Assembly: GCF_009914755.1 (NCBI RefSeq)
Contig: NC_060933.1
Source of the DNA: the human T2T-CHM13v2.0 reference genome, Homo sapiens
DNA length: 64,000 bases
Reading direction: 5' to 3' (one strand)
A program made the position numbers and the translations under genes. The stretch's first letter is position 1. Every line of letters begins with the position of its first letter. The notes under the pieces were generated by a model, which was not told where the DNA came from, ran no database searches, and saw only the letters and a program-made list of their open reading frames with translations. Of the stretch, positions 16,701 to 32,281 are shown in pieces.

Positions 16701-17814
16701 AACAAGTATTTCTAAATGGAAAGTGTTAGACTTGTTAAAAAGTTTTTCATTTTATTAAAGATTCATGAGTTTATAATTGAGGAAATCTCAAGCACTTGGA
16801 CAAGAGGTAGAGCAGATGGCTTTTCAGGAGATCCATTACGGTACTTGTAACCAAATCACAGGTAGTCTATTTGTAAGACAGCTATAGGCATAGAGGCTCT
16901 GATGATTAATACTTCTGGATGAGAGTGAGAAATGAATGAACCTTTACTGGCAGCAAAAGACAATGTCATTCCAGGGGAGAGGGAAGGACATGCATAAGGC
17001 ATGAAAATATGAAACATTAAATGTTGGAGACTACAAACATTTCTATATGCCTGGGTTATAGATTGTGTAAATGGAATCAAGAAAAGAAGCTGGAAAGGCA
17101 CTTCTACAACTGGATTGAGAAAAGTATTTGACTTTAAACTCTGTCTTCCTAACAAATCTGATTTGACTGGAAAATTAGAAGATCCTCAAACAATCATCAG
17201 TCAGGAGAAAAGCGGTGTGAGAAATTTTTTTTTAATGTGGATGTGGACTCATGATCTAACCTTGTGAATTTAGCACAATTCTAACGAGAGCAAAAACCAG
17301 CGACATAATTAATTTTCTAAACAGAGAGAAAAATACTGCTAAGGCAAATCCAAGGTGTTCCCTGGATTTTAGACAAAATCAGTGGAAAGGAACCACACTG
17401 AAAACTATCTTGGCCTTCTGATTTGCTTTCTGTTACAAAGCATTATCCATAGCTAAATATGCAAACTGATATATTCAAACTCAAATACACAATGTAAAAA
17501 TTGTCAATCCACTCATTTTGCAACTGCAGGCATACTATGAACATCTACTACACTTTTTGCTGCCCCCTACTTTGTCCAACCTATGGATACCACAACAGAC
17601 CTAACTCAGAACCCAAAACAGGAATAAAATTTGGCCTATATTCGATGGTTGGGACGTAGAGTCTAGGTAACTATGTCAGAATCACCACTTCTCTTTGAGG
17701 CTTCTCTCATTCATCCATCCCTCTGTTGCTTTCCTCTTTTCTTCTCTCTTGAAGCTATCTACTCAAGTCTTGCTGACTACAAACCTAATTTTCCTATTTT
17801 CTCATGGTCTTCTT

Positions 17815-17950
17815 TTTTAAAAACATTTTATTAGAGATGGGATGGTCTCACCATCTTACCTAGGCTGGTCTTGAACCCCTGACCTCAAGTGATCCTCTTG
17901 TGTCAGCCTCCTGAGTAGCTGGGACTACAAATCTGCACCACGGCGGGCTT
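17815..17950 (-). mobile_element. FLAM-type Alu monomer
   Basis: Single antisense monomer TAGAGATGGG...GGCTGGTCTTGAAC...GTAGCTGGGACTACA. Confidence 0.75.
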
Positions 17951-18659
17951 CTTTTGGTTTTGAATCACTTCCATGCCCTTGTAGGTCTTTTGCTAGTATT
18001 TCTACAGGACAGCTTTCTCCCAAAATGCAATTTCTTTTCTGAAACCCTGTTTCTACCCTACTCCTAGGTCCAGCCTTCATTCCCCAGAGCTATAGCCCAG
18101 GCTAAGCCTTTGACCTTCTGCTTAATCTGAGAAGAAAATTTGGACTCTTATAATATTTTCAGCTAAAAATATTCTAGTGAGCAACTTAAGTCATTTTTTT
18201 TTCTTTCTCTGAAAGGAAATAAAAAGTTTGAAAGAGTAATACCAAACTAAGTAGGCATAGTTACTTCCAAATTCCTTAAATAATGATGATTTCCAACATT
18301 TCACAGGAAACATTATCAAATAATCCAGATAAAAAGATATGCTGCACAGTAAGTATATAAATGTAGCAACTGCCACAAATGAAATCATTTCTTAGCACTA
18401 AATCTTTTAAAGTGAAAAACAACAGTTTAGTGTGTTGGTACAAAAGCCTGTTTGAGCCATGTGCAGTTTGTGACAAAATCTACTGAAACTGCAATTAGTA
18501 ATCTTCATGTTTTGATATATATTTTTCCCTGAAAACATATGGTCATAGATTTCATAGATTTTCAGTTCTAGTTTTTAACTTCTCACCCAAATTGCCATTC
18601 TTAATTCAAATTCCTTTCTGCAATGAAAGCACAGAATTTCAAGTGGTATTTTTTTTACT

Positions 18660-18664
<5 letters not shown>

Positions 18665-18708
<44 letters not shown>
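18665..18708. repeat. (TG)22 microsatellite
   Basis: Direct reading. Confidence 0.95.
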
Positions 18709-18712
<4 letters not shown>

Positions 18713-19069
18713 CATAAAAGAACATTTCCAATGAGAGAAAAATACGTGTGGACCAATGTTATATGTTATATACACACACACACATAGGCTGTATATATGT
18801 AATTATATATATATATATATAATTGTATATATATAATTTGGTGTTAAAAGGTCTCAATATAAGTTTTTCTTAGTTTTGACTGGTGCGATTCAGAATACAA
18901 AATAAGTAGACAGCAGTTATTTGGAGAGGGATTGGCATCACTTTGTCACTTTGTAGATGTTTTTTAGATGAGGCTGCTATTCACCATTTTCTTAAAAAAG
19001 AAATGCACCAAACAACATACAGCTTTTGCATTTTACATGCCTGTGAAACAGGTATAAAGTACTAATAAC

Positions 19070-19885
<816 letters not shown>

Positions 19886-19939
19886 TTTTTCTCTCATTGG
19901 TAATATTCTTTTATGTCTATAACTCTTACTGTAAACATA

Positions 19940-20323
19940 TTAGTTTGGTGCAAAAGTAATTACATTTTTCACTTTTTTTTTTTTTTGAGATGGAGTCTCA
20001 CTCTGTCACTTGGGCTGGGGTGCAGTGGCGTGATCTCGGCTCACTGCAACCTCCGCCTCCCGGGTTCGAGGATTCTCATTCCCCAGCATCCTGAGTAGCT
20101 GGGACTACAGGTGTGCACCACCATGCCTGGCTAATTTTTGTATTTTTGGTAGAGACGGAGTTTCATCATGTTGGCCAGGATGGTCTCGAACTTCTGCTCT
20201 CAAGTGATCTGCCCACCTCAGCTTCCCAAAGTTTTGGGAATACAGGCGTGAACCACTGCACCTGGCCAGTTTTTGCTATTCCCCTCAATGGTATAAACCA
20301 CAATTACTTTTGCACCAATGTAA
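19940..20323. mobile_element. MADE1 mariner MITE split by an Alu
   Basis: TIRs TTAGTTTGGTGCAAAAGTAATT (19940) and AATTACTTTTGCACCAATGTAA (ends 20323). Confidence 0.9.
19973..20267 (-). mobile_element. AluS inside MADE1
   Basis: Antisense Alu dimer. Confidence 0.95.
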
Positions 20324-21891
20324 TTGGTGTTTCTGATGCCAATCAATTATTTTTACAAAATAATTCAAGGCAACGTTTTGTCAGATTTTCTGCTGCTTCT
20401 CACATGTCTAGTTAAGTTTCATCAATCAGGAGCATAGTTTTATATAGTTTGAAAAGTTGATGGGACTCTGTTTAGACAATGTTAAATCAATTTTGGCATG
20501 GTCCACTCACCTATCTCACTCCCCTCTGGTCAGAAAGAAAATTATATTTTGAGGGGGAAACAAACTCTCTTGGTCCCAACTGTCTTACAAAGATTTTCTT
20601 GGTGAAGCACAAACCTGCATGTCTCATTATTTATTATTGCTTTTAGGAAAATACTACATATATATATTTGTTTTACCATGTGGAGTTTTAAAAGGTTACA
20701 TAAAAGGTTTGAAGACAGTATGCAAAAATGTGAAATCACTTCTAGAATAGTGGCTATTGTTTTTTATATTCAAATAATTCAGTCATGTTATTGTTATAGT
20801 AGTATATTTTGTTTTTAAAAAAATAATGTTTATAAGCATAACTTGTTAAGAAGTTTAGGAACAACCAAAGTTTGTATTCAAATGAGATGCTGGGGCACAA
20901 AGGACGTTTGGTGAAAAAGTCGATTCAACTCAAAAAAAATCTAGCGAGTATACGACGTTTCCCTACTTGAACTACCTGGCTCTGTCATGTTTCCACATCA
21001 GCCTAGTCTGAACTGAGCAGACACATTGATGTAAGTTCATTAGCCATCCATCTGAAGATAAGAGAGGAAGAGTCTGAAAGCAGTAAGACTGGAGAGTGAA
21101 GACATCTAAAAATCAATAACCACCCATATATGGCTAAACATGAGGCTTTCAGAAACCTCTATTAGTTAGACAAACTAACCAAAAAAAGCACTTAATAGAA
21201 TACTGTATATTAAGTTATTCTGCATATAAAATAGAAAGAATGAAGTACTTAAAATGCAGAGATTAATATATTTATGTCTTTTAATGTAATAAATACATAA
21301 AAATCAAGAATTAGGCTTTTCCTTTTTGTCAATGTTTATGAAACAAAATAAACTTTATGAAAGAGAAAGATATGATTAAACCAAACAATAGCCTGAAGTA
21401 AAATAGTGATAGGGCAGACAAATGTAAAGGAAACTGCATAAGAAAATTCATCACAATACTAAAAAGCAGGTAGAATTAAAATTTACATTAGAAGCAGTTA
21501 AGTTCAGTCTAAAAAATCAAATCAATATTGTGAAAAACAATCATAAAGTACTATTTCAGTTACAGAAAAGAAAAAAACTAAAAATTTATAAAAGTTAAAA
21601 ATACCTCTAACCTAGAGTTCAGCTAAAAGATACCTAATACACAATAATTAGTTCTTGAACAATAGTCAAGAACAAAGGGACCAGATAAAAACAAATATGT
21701 AAGGAAAGAATATTGTCCTAAGTTGAAGAAAGGCTTGACTTCAGAAGGTCTTTCTGGGGGTTTTTAATGCTTGATGGAGAGAAAAATCATATAGATAAAC
21801 CCTTTAAATATATGTATACATACATAAATGGAATAAAGTGGGTAGCTAACAATTTGTAGTTCACATTTGTGCAGTATTCTCTAGTAGACAC

Positions 21892-22187
21892 TTTTTTTTT
21901 TTTTTTTTGAGATGGAGTTTAGCTTTTGTTGCCCAGGCTGGAGTACAATGGCATTGATCTCAGCTTACTGCAACCTCCACCTCCTGAGTTCAAGCGATCC
22001 TCCTGCTTCAGCCTCATGAGTAGCTGGGATTACAGACACCCGCCACCACGCCCAGCTAATTTTTTATATTTTTTGGTAGAGATGGGATTTCAGCACGTTG
22101 GCCAGCTGGTCTTGAACTCCTGACCTCAGGTGATCCACCTGCCTCCCAAAGTGCTGGGATTACAGGCATGAGCCAATGTGCCCGGCC
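21892..22187 (-). mobile_element. AluS
   Basis: TSD TCTAGTAGACACTTT on both sides. Confidence 0.95.
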
Positions 22188-22199
22188 TCTAGTAGACAC

Positions 22200-22380
22200 T
22201 TTAAAAGGTTTTACTTAGTTCATTCTTACAGCATTCTTGAAAGGTGGGTATTATCAGGTCTATTGTGCAGATATGGACAATAAGAATCAGATTAGTTAAG
22301 TAATTTGCCCAAGGACACACAGAGAATAAATGATAGAACTGACATTTTAGTACAGGCCTGTGCCATCCCAAAGCCTAGAA
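22200..22380 (-). mobile_element. MIR
   Basis: GTTAAGTAATTTGCCCAAGGACACACAG core. Confidence 0.7.
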
Positions 22381-23939
22381 TTCCCCTGTTTATATTACAT
22401 CACTTCCCACTGGTGTCCATTTTCAGCGACTGGTTTTACCAAACACTTTAGTTAGGAAGAAACCTTTTTATCTTCATCTCATAGTAGACTATGCTTAGAT
22501 TTAGCACACTGAATGTGACCTCTTTTTTTAAATGTATGATATTTACTGTATAAATTATCCAAAGGGTACATCTGTTTCCCCAATTTTAAAATCCATGGTA
22601 ATTGTTCACACAAATAATTACAGAGAACCATATACCATATTCCACCTTTAAACATATAAGAAAAAATCTACAATAATCAATTATATGTCATATTTGTAAT
22701 ACTACACAGTAAATGAATTCCAAAGCAAGTTTCCACTTAAAATTATATATAGTCCAAATTTTATCCCAGTGATGCCAAATTTAAATGCTTTTCATTGTTT
22801 CTGATTTAAAAATTTACTTGACAAACTATCTGTAATGAATTCAAATAGGTTATATTTACAAAACACAACTGAGCTCTATAAAACCAAAGAAGCTATACAG
22901 CACAGTAATGTTTACCACATTTCCATTAGAAGTCAACATTCTAATTAATAGGTGGCCACAAATCTGTATTTCATGCAAAATAAAATTTATTTATAATCAT
23001 CGTTTATTATGATTATGCTACCTTAAATTTATTGCACTCCAAATTTTATTAGAAGCATTAAAATGGAATTAGAAACAATTTAGCTACCAATTTACTGACA
23101 TACTGTTAAAGAAAAAGTCAACTTCACAGGCTAAATTAACTCCATGTGTGCATTTAAATGCTGAGTGTACATTGTGCATATTGGTGCCTTGTGAACTGAA
23201 CTTTGGATGAGGAATTCTATTCCAAAAACATGGGGAAATCCAAACTTAGTCTGGCATAAACCACTCTGGTCTAAAGCTAAAGTAATGTTCAGAAATGTAG
23301 GAACAATGTACACAGAGCTAAGATTCAAATATTAATAAGTTTCCCAAGTTCACAAGATTTATTGTAACATAAGATGTACAGTTACCAATTCAAACATAGG
23401 CAAATGCACCCACTTTCCCTCTTGAATACATAAATCATAGGATAGTTTGATGCATGTTTTTATTGGCCTTTGCAATTCCAAAAAAGGATGGACAAGGTTT
23501 GACTGTATCCTTTTTAAACAACTTTTTTTCTCTTTAGAAAAATATGTGGTTCACCATTGAAAATACATAGAAGACAATAAAAATCACTCACAACATCATT
23601 ATGTAGTTATAACCACTGCACATTATCATGTATTAACTTTTTGTATTTCTATTATATACATAATACATACTTTCTTAATTTAAAAGGAGCATTTCTTTAC
23701 ATTTTTAACATTTGAACAATTTGCATATTTCCAAATGCTCTTATATTACATAATTTTTAATTATGTGTATAATTTAATGCACTCTATCACAGAATGTATA
23801 TACTCTCCATAAGTACATGTTACATGTATATATATATGCTATAACTGTGATAGAATGCATTTATATTTAAATGATAGAAATAATTATGGAATTTGTTCAT
23901 ATTTTGTAAAAGAAACTATGCGAAAGTTATATATATATT

Positions 23940-24225
23940 TTATTTTTATTTTATTTTTTTGAGACAAAGGCTCACTCTGCTGCCCAGATTGCATTGCAGT
24001 GGCGTGATCTTGGCTCACCGCAACCTCCACCTCCTAGGTTTAAGCAATTCTCCTGCCTCAGCCTCCCGAGGTGCTGGGACCATAGGCACATGCCACCATT
24101 CCTGGCTAATTTGTGTATTCTTTTTTCTTTTTTTCTTTTTTTAGTAGAGACAGGGTTTTGCCACGTAGGCCGGGTTAGTATCGAATTCCTGACCTCAGGT
24201 GATCGACCGCCTCAGCCTCCCAAGG
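23940..24225 (-). mobile_element. AluS, slightly 5'-truncated
   Basis: Antisense Alu ending at GCCTCCCAAG. Confidence 0.9.
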
Positions 24226-24574
24226 TCATAAATGTTTTTAAAAAAGAATTTATAAATACATGTATACTATATATATGTATATGTGTGTAAAACAGAAAAA
24301 TAGGTCTTTGTGAACATCTAATTGTTTTTGGTCTTTTGACTGTTTCCAGATTTTGTAGTTGTAAATAACTTTGCAATGAACATTGCTATTGTTAGTCTTT
24401 GCACACATCCTTATATATTGCTGTGTTTTTTCAATGTCTGTTACATGGTAGGTATCTAATAAGTATTTGTTAAATGACTATTTTTCAAAGCATTTATAAA
24501 TTTAGTAGCAAATTTATAATTCTGCCTTTAAGATCTTTCCAATACTGAAAATATATTAAATATCATAGTAAATT

Positions 24575-25075
24575 TTACTGCTAGAATTTTAGAATTAAAC
24601 CAGGGCATTCTTTTTCAAGCCTTCAGTTACATCATTATCATTATTATAAATATTTTTAAATTCTGTTATGTGTGCATGGGCATGGCAAAAAAATTCAAAA
24701 TTTATATTTTGTACCTGTAAAAAAAATTGTCTCTCCCACTGTCCACTTGGGTTTCTATTTCCAGAGTAACCCTTTTAAACCATTTCTATTTTAGTCTTTC
24801 CTAATTAATATTACCAATTACATCTTTCCATTGTGTCAGTACCATAAAGTTATTTGAGTACGTTTATTTTTGATCAAAGAGATTATGGAAGAGACCTTCC
24901 TATTTAATTGTCTTTGAGCAGAAATTCCATCGTGCATTCTACTACTTATTTGCATCCTTTATATTGTAATAGACCCATTCCTTGCTGTGTAGTCGACTTC
25001 TCACAAGCTAGACATGGCAAATTGACTTTAGTCTAAGACAAGATTCATATTAGAATGACATATAACGTTGCACTT
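24575..25075 (+). repeat. Copy 2 of the dispersed duplication (no Alu)
   Basis: Colinear with copy 1 once the Alu is removed. Confidence 0.9.
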
Positions 25076-26125
25076 TCTTTTGGCTCAAGTATTCCTCTTT
25101 TGTGGATAAGTCCACAAACAAACACAAACAATATTTAGGACATTATGGCTCATAATAACTTCTATCCTAATAGAAAGAAACTATATTATTATCTAGGATA
25201 GCAGAGTTTATGTAGACTAGGGTTATTCAGTGCATTGTCTTGTCATGATATAACTTATTCTATGGATGAGTTTTACACTTTTCCTCCAGATTTATTATGT
25301 AAATGAGCTTTCCTAATCTATACAAATTGCCAGTAACCTTTTCATGCTCTGAATTTTCTTGCCCCACTCTTACCAAGGAATTGGGCAAGATGAACTTTAA
25401 ATAACAATGCTGAGTATGTTTTATGGACTGCCTCAACACTGGAGAACAGAAACATTTATATTATGGGTAAAAACTTTTGACATGGTTAAAGGAGGCTGCT
25501 GAGTTACTCATATTGGGGTCAGTACAAGATAGGTGTTCAGGAGGGCACAGGAAGTGGGGCCATGAGGAGCAGAGCCTAGAAAAACTAACAGGCTAATTCT
25601 TGAGAAGGCAGTGGGGTGGAATCGTCCTCATTCTCTTGCCTAGAGAAGCCAGTTAGGCAATTATGAACATAGTAAGAGAAATCCAGGCATGATGGAATGC
25701 CTAGGGTCGTAGAGTAATATGGAATTGTCTCATCAGAAAAGTACTGGGTAGCCTTTATTAAAAAAAAAAAAAAAAGTTGCTGGGTTTAACATAAAGGTCA
25801 AATCATCATCTCTGAATACTTTTCTAGCTATCTGCCTTTTTTTCCCACCCACCCCTGCAAACACACACATACAATTTCATGCCAAAGCAGGACACAATCT
25901 ATTCAACCACTCTGTGTGGCTCTTATCAGTATCCTCAGCTACACAGACTTTCTCTTCCCAAATCTCTTTCCCTGTAAGACATATTAATATAAACACTTTT
26001 TCCAAATGTTTGGTGTTCTTGGATGTTTTTCTTTTTGGTTCTTTTTTGTTTTATGTTTTTGTTTGTTTATAATGTTACTTTAATAAACATCTTGTTAAGT
26101 ATAACATATTAAAGAAAAGTGCATT

Positions 26126-26390
<265 letters not shown>

Positions 26391-28669
26391 CTAAATGGCC
26401 AGAGCCAGAATGTGTGTATAGGAGAGGTTAGGCATGGAATATGATTGGAAAGGGAGGTAGTCCTTGGGAGGTGACTTGAAGTTGCATTTACATAGCTCCA
26501 TTCCCAGGAAATCAAAACAGGAGTAGTCAGTAAGAAGGAAACTCAATCCTAGGAACTGGGCCAACATAGAGTCAAGAAAGGAGTGAGTAGGAAGGGAAAA
26601 AGTGGTTGAAATTGAATTCTGAATTACAGAGGACATCAAAGAACAATCTTTCTCTAACTTTTCAGTGGTCCTATAACCAGTCTTGGTCACAGATATTAAA
26701 AGGATTAAAGCACTTCTAAATATGTAACATTTTTATTCACATTTTAATTTTAATCTCACTTATTTTCTACCACCACCTTAGACAACGGGGCTTAACATGT
26801 CTCTACTCTGTATTTATGTATTTATGTAGAGCACTTAAAGGAGAGAACTCTGAGCTATGTGGATTGAAACAAGGAATTGGAAAGAGAATAGATGTGACTG
26901 GGATTTATAATATCTCACTCAACTATATTTACAGAAACCATTATCAAGCAGAGAGGCTTAAGCAGATTTTTTACAGAAGTGTGCCCCTCCCTGAAATCCA
27001 TGAGACTTTGTAGGAATTGCTAGAAGTACAGCTGCTTTCAAGCCAGATAGGATCATTAATTATTTTATTTTTGTATATCAGGCCTTTGACTCTCACTATT
27101 TTGATCAAAATGTAACAAAGAACAAAATTGTTTATTTTTTTTGGGTTTAATGATAGCATCCTGTTCTGATGAGATTTTTACATAAGAGAAAACAGGAGGC
27201 ACTGAAGAAAATATAGATTGCCCAGGTACTGTTCCATGGGACATTCTTCACAGCTGATGACAAGCAGCAGTATTTCTTTAGAGTGACGGTTTTCAAATTG
27301 TGTTCCATAGGGTTTCATAGATATATTGCCATGGGGCTGAGAGCAGCCATGTGGTTCTGAGTTCCTGTCCATGAGTATAGCAGAGATGTTTTACCCTTTC
27401 CTATTGGATTATAGATTTTTTTGTAGAAAATATGACCCTAAAAATATTTAAATAAATTTTAAAAATCAAAACATACCTTTAAAATAGGTTAGTGTAGTAG
27501 TATTAAGCCCTACTTAATGTGTATCCATTTGTCTCCTATCTTAGGGTGGCAAGAAGGACATAGAAATGAGAAAGAAGAGATTTCAGTTGGGAAGTCAGAA
27601 ATTTAGATGAGAATGTACGGGGACTCGGGCTTCTCAGTTTAAATTAGAAGTAGGTCCAGTATGTCCTAAAGATGTTACCTGAAAACAAAATGTAGCCATG
27701 AAAGCTAACTGAAAACTTTAATTCAACATCCATGTACTTTCTGTCAAGTACCTGTAATTTATTAGCCGAGAGAGAGAGTGTGTGTGTGTGAGAGGACTGA
27801 GACTCAGTCCTAGCCCTGCTGGTGGAGGTTGGGAGGGTGAAGTAGTAGAAGGACATTTATTGGGAAAGAGTAGAACAGACACATAATAAAATACTTATAA
27901 TACAATGTAGTAATTATCCAATGCATATTTTTTCAATGGATATTTGAATGAATATAAAAAAGGCTGCAAGAGCTCAAAGGTGGGGCTCTTTTCCTGAAGA
28001 GATTATATGGGAACGTGGTATGATTGATAGGTAACAGTTTGTCTGGTGATTTGTAATTAAAAGGCATACTTCCATCATAGCACTATTAGGACTGTATTCC
28101 AATTGATGGTTCACGCATTCATTGAACAAGAAGTACTTACTACCTAATGTGAGAAAATCTGCTAAATGCAGATAACAGTAAGATAAGTAAAATGAAATAG
28201 CTATCCTGAAATAACTTACAATCTAGTTCAGGGATTTCTGATTTCTCCACAAATCTGGGGGTATGTTTTTTTCTTCCTTTTGATTTCCAGATCTTAGCCC
28301 AGTTCTTGGTATACAGTTGGATCTCAGGAAATATATATTGAATGCATGAATTCTCTTCGCATCCCTGAAAAGTAAGTTTCTTATCCCTTTGATTCATTTT
28401 AGCCTTGTAATGTCATCAATACAACTTGTCATTACAGCCTTTCTACTATACTGAACCGATCACTAGAAACTGACACAGTGGGTAACATTGTTCACCCATA
28501 CATTTTAAAGGGAGAACATTGGAGGATTATACTAAGAGCACGTAGATGATAGGACCACATGGGTCATACTTGGCCAAGCCCTGGATACAAAGAGTAGCTA
28601 CAAATGCCATCTATTGACAGTGGATGGATTTAATAATGAGAAGATATGGTAATGTGGAGAAATGATAAT

Positions 28670-28845
28670 ATATTTCAAGCACTAATAACTACACATTACT
28701 GTGCCTGTCAATTTTACAGATATTTTATCCTCAATCTTAGCAACAGTCATGTAAAATGGTGGGGGCTTTTCCAATTTTACAGCAGAGAAGCTGAAGCATA
28801 GACAGTTGACATAATTTGCTCAGAATGACAGAGGCAGAATAGAGA
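28670..28845 (-). mobile_element. MIR
   Basis: CCAATTTTACAGCAGAGAAGCTGAAGCATAGACAGTTGACATAATTTGCTCAG. Confidence 0.65.
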
Positions 28846-29529
28846 AAGTTTTTAAAAATTAAATTTCAGTATCAAAATGAAGATATTTAAGGGAATCTGA
28901 AAAGGCAAGAATTATGAAAACCAATTTAATGCATCATCGGGGATAGTATTAGGGTCAGTGTTCCTGCTTATTATAATACACTTAAAAATTTGTAAGTTGT
29001 GTATAGAGCATATAGATGCTATTGTGTAATTTATTATGAAATATAGGTGTTAAAATCATTTTTGCTGAGAAGCAATTTATTCTCAAACAAGACTAAGATG
29101 CTTAACATTTAAGGAGTCATTTCACTTAGGATGAAAAATAATATAGAAAAATTGAGATCTTTACAGTTTGCAGTAGAAATGCCAAACAATTATATTTGTT
29201 CATAAATAGGTCAAGTGAATAATTTGTCAAACCAGGACACTTAAAATCTTTGTTATGTAAAAAAAAAATTGGTAAAATCATTTAATGCATGAAAATAACT
29301 GAAACTACAGGATAATTCAAAACCAACCAAGTAAAAATAGTCAAATAAGAAAAAACCATTGAATGTTTCTGCTCTTATTTTTTAGTTTTCTTAAACACCA
29401 TGAATCTAATTTATCAGAATAATAATGATTTAGTAATACCCAATATTTTTTGTAAGTTTTACAAATACTTATTCTTATATTTTTCAAACTTCAATTTTTG
29501 GGATTGAAGTTCCAATTAAATTGGAGAAA

Positions 29530-32281
29530 ACGCACTTCACCTTCTCTGTCTCACTTATAACCAAAAGCCCTGGACAAAGTGCATGAAGTCACTAACTGAG
29601 AATTCCGAAACATACTTGAGAGGGAAATAAAAACTAAAAGAATTACCAACACATCTTCCTGTTTTTTTTTTTTTTTCTATGTCTCCTACTTTAGGTTTCA
29701 GTGTATCCCAAATCAGTGGGTGTGGATTAAAAAAAAAAAAGTCCAAGAAATTCTCTCTTCTTTTCCAGCTAAACGGAGAGAAAAAGGAGCCTTAGAATAG
29801 TTGTGGAGAAAATGCCAGTTAAAAAAAAAATTATAGCAGTCCAAGACCCATGCAAGCTCCAGTCATGAAACTGTATTTGCATAGCAATAGTAGCAGTGAT
29901 TATACAGCCACCTAAAACTGTGAGATAAAATCCTGCTCTTTGACCAAAAAAAACTTGGACAAGATGTTCCTATGGTCCAAAGAATGTGGAGGAAATTTTG
30001 GTTATCTCTCTTTTTTTCTCTTACCACTTTGCTGCTCATGTAGACCCAGTCATGAGAACTGTTTGGAAGCATGGGGCACTAAAATTATAGTTTAGTAGCC
30101 AGAGGATCAGGAAAAAATATTTCTTGGATATAGAATGTATGAGGAATGTCACAGAGAAGAGGGTTCCATAGTAAAAGATTTCTACATTTATATGTAAGTT
30201 CCCAGGATCACTCCCTGATTTGCACATGCACGGCACTGAGTTGAGGTATGCTAAAGTCTAAATCACAGACCAGATCCTAGATGGCACAATTAGCACTGCA
30301 AAAGTTTTGACAGCTAAACTGATATCTAAACTATAGCTCATAGAACACAGATTAAGACTTGCACCTAACCTTAATGAGATTGGTTGTTGCTAAAACAAAA
30401 TGCCAACATTCTCAGGAATATGACAAAACCTTTATAATATTCATAGTTAAATACAATTAAAAATTACATGACATACCAAAAAAAGATCAATCTCAGCAAA
30501 ACTCAAGGATCCTATAACATTCACAGATGCGAACCCTGAGATGACCCAGATGCTGGAATTATCACATTTTAAAACAGGAATTATAACCATGTTTTGTGAA
30601 ATAAGGGCAAATACTCTTGAAACGAATGAGAAGATAGACATTCTCAATAAAGATGTAGGAACTATTAAAAAGTAACAAATGAAAATCAATCATAGAACTA
30701 AAAAATACAATAATGGAAAATTTTCAAAGTCTCGTAAATGGCTCACTTGCCAAATGGATATAAGAGAGGAAAAAATCAACTTGAAGATAGACCAATTGAA
30801 ATTTTCCAATTTGAAAGAATACTAGAAAGTTAATATTCATGTTAGTGAAGTTCTAGAGAAAGAAGAGAGAGATCAGTGCAGGAAACTTATTTTGAAAAAT
30901 AATGGCTTAAGATTTCCAAAACTGTATGAAAGACATAATTAAAAAGATATAAGGAATCTGGCAAAAGCTAAACATGATAAATTCAAAGAAAAATACATGC
31001 TGATACATTATAATCAAAGTAAAGAAAACTGAATATGAGAAAAAATATTGAAATCAGACAGAAGAAAGCAACACAGTACATATAGGGGAATACCAATTTG
31101 AATGACCTCGGACTGCTCATCAGAAATCATGTGGGCAAAAAACAGTGAAACTACAAAGGGCTGAGAGAAACAAACAAGACTACCCAGAATTCTCTGTTTA
31201 AAGAAAACAGCCTTCAGAAACTCAGGAGACATAGGACATTCTAGGATGAAATAAAATGAAGAGAATCTGTCTCCAGCAAACCTTCCCTGAAAGAAGGAAG
31301 TTGTGTGGGCAGAAGGATATCAAAAGGAAACTTGGAATTTCAGAATGAAGGGAGAAGAGAAATAGTAAATAAGTATGTACATAAAATACCCTTTTTGCTT
31401 TAGTTCTTTAAAATATATATGACCGTGGAAATAAAAAAAATTATAAAATTATCTGATGGGTTTCAGACAATTGCAATGGGTTTTCCTGATCTTAACTATA
31501 TATATGTTCTCCAAAGCACACCCCTTATCTTGTCAGCCTCTAAGGCTAACATTACAAAGGAGAAATATTGATGAATGAAATAAAAAAAAGTTTAGTGGAA
31601 ATATTGTTATATTTGATATAAGAAATGGAAACAAGAGCTTTAAATTTTATTTAAAACCTCAGTATGTTAAAACAAACTAAAAATTGAACTTGATCTTCTG
31701 TTAGTGCAACTTATAAATATTAAGGAGGTAGGTACTTTTTTCACTGTTCCTTTTTGCCTAGTCTTTCTTCTTTAGTTTCTTACTTTTTTTATCCATGTTC
31801 TTTCCTCTTTCCTGTTTTTCTCTTCCTCCTCCCCACTCTGTCATACATAATATACAATAACTACAAAATAAAGAAGGTAGGGTAAAGAGACCTACATGGC
31901 TATGAAGATTCTATATTTCACTGGAAGAGATAAAATATTAACTTTAAGTAGACTGAAAAAAAAAAATATATATATATATATAGAGAGAGAGAGAAATCCC
32001 TATGGCAATCACTAACATAAACTAAAGGAAGACATAAAGTCAAAAAGCCACATAAAGTAAAATAGAATACTAAAACATATTCAAGTAATCCACAACAAAT
32101 CAGGAAAGAGGAAACAGAAAGATGAAAGACAAAAGGATGAAGAGAAAACAAACAAGAAAATGGTAGACCAAAATCCAAGAATATCATTACATTAAATGAA
32201 AATGATCTAAACACATCAATTTAAAAAAAAAAAGGACAGTCTTTCAGATTAGATTAACAAAAAAAGGTCCAACTATATGCT
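29530..32281 (+). mobile_element. Ancient L1M 5'UTR/ORF1 through start of ORF2 (degenerate, interrupted ~31450-31850)
   Basis: GATGACCCAGATGCTGGAATTATCA, AACTTGAAGATAGACCAATTGAAATT and ATCATTACATTAAATGAAAATGATCTAAACAC (ORF2 start, ITLNVNGLN-like). Confidence 0.75.
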
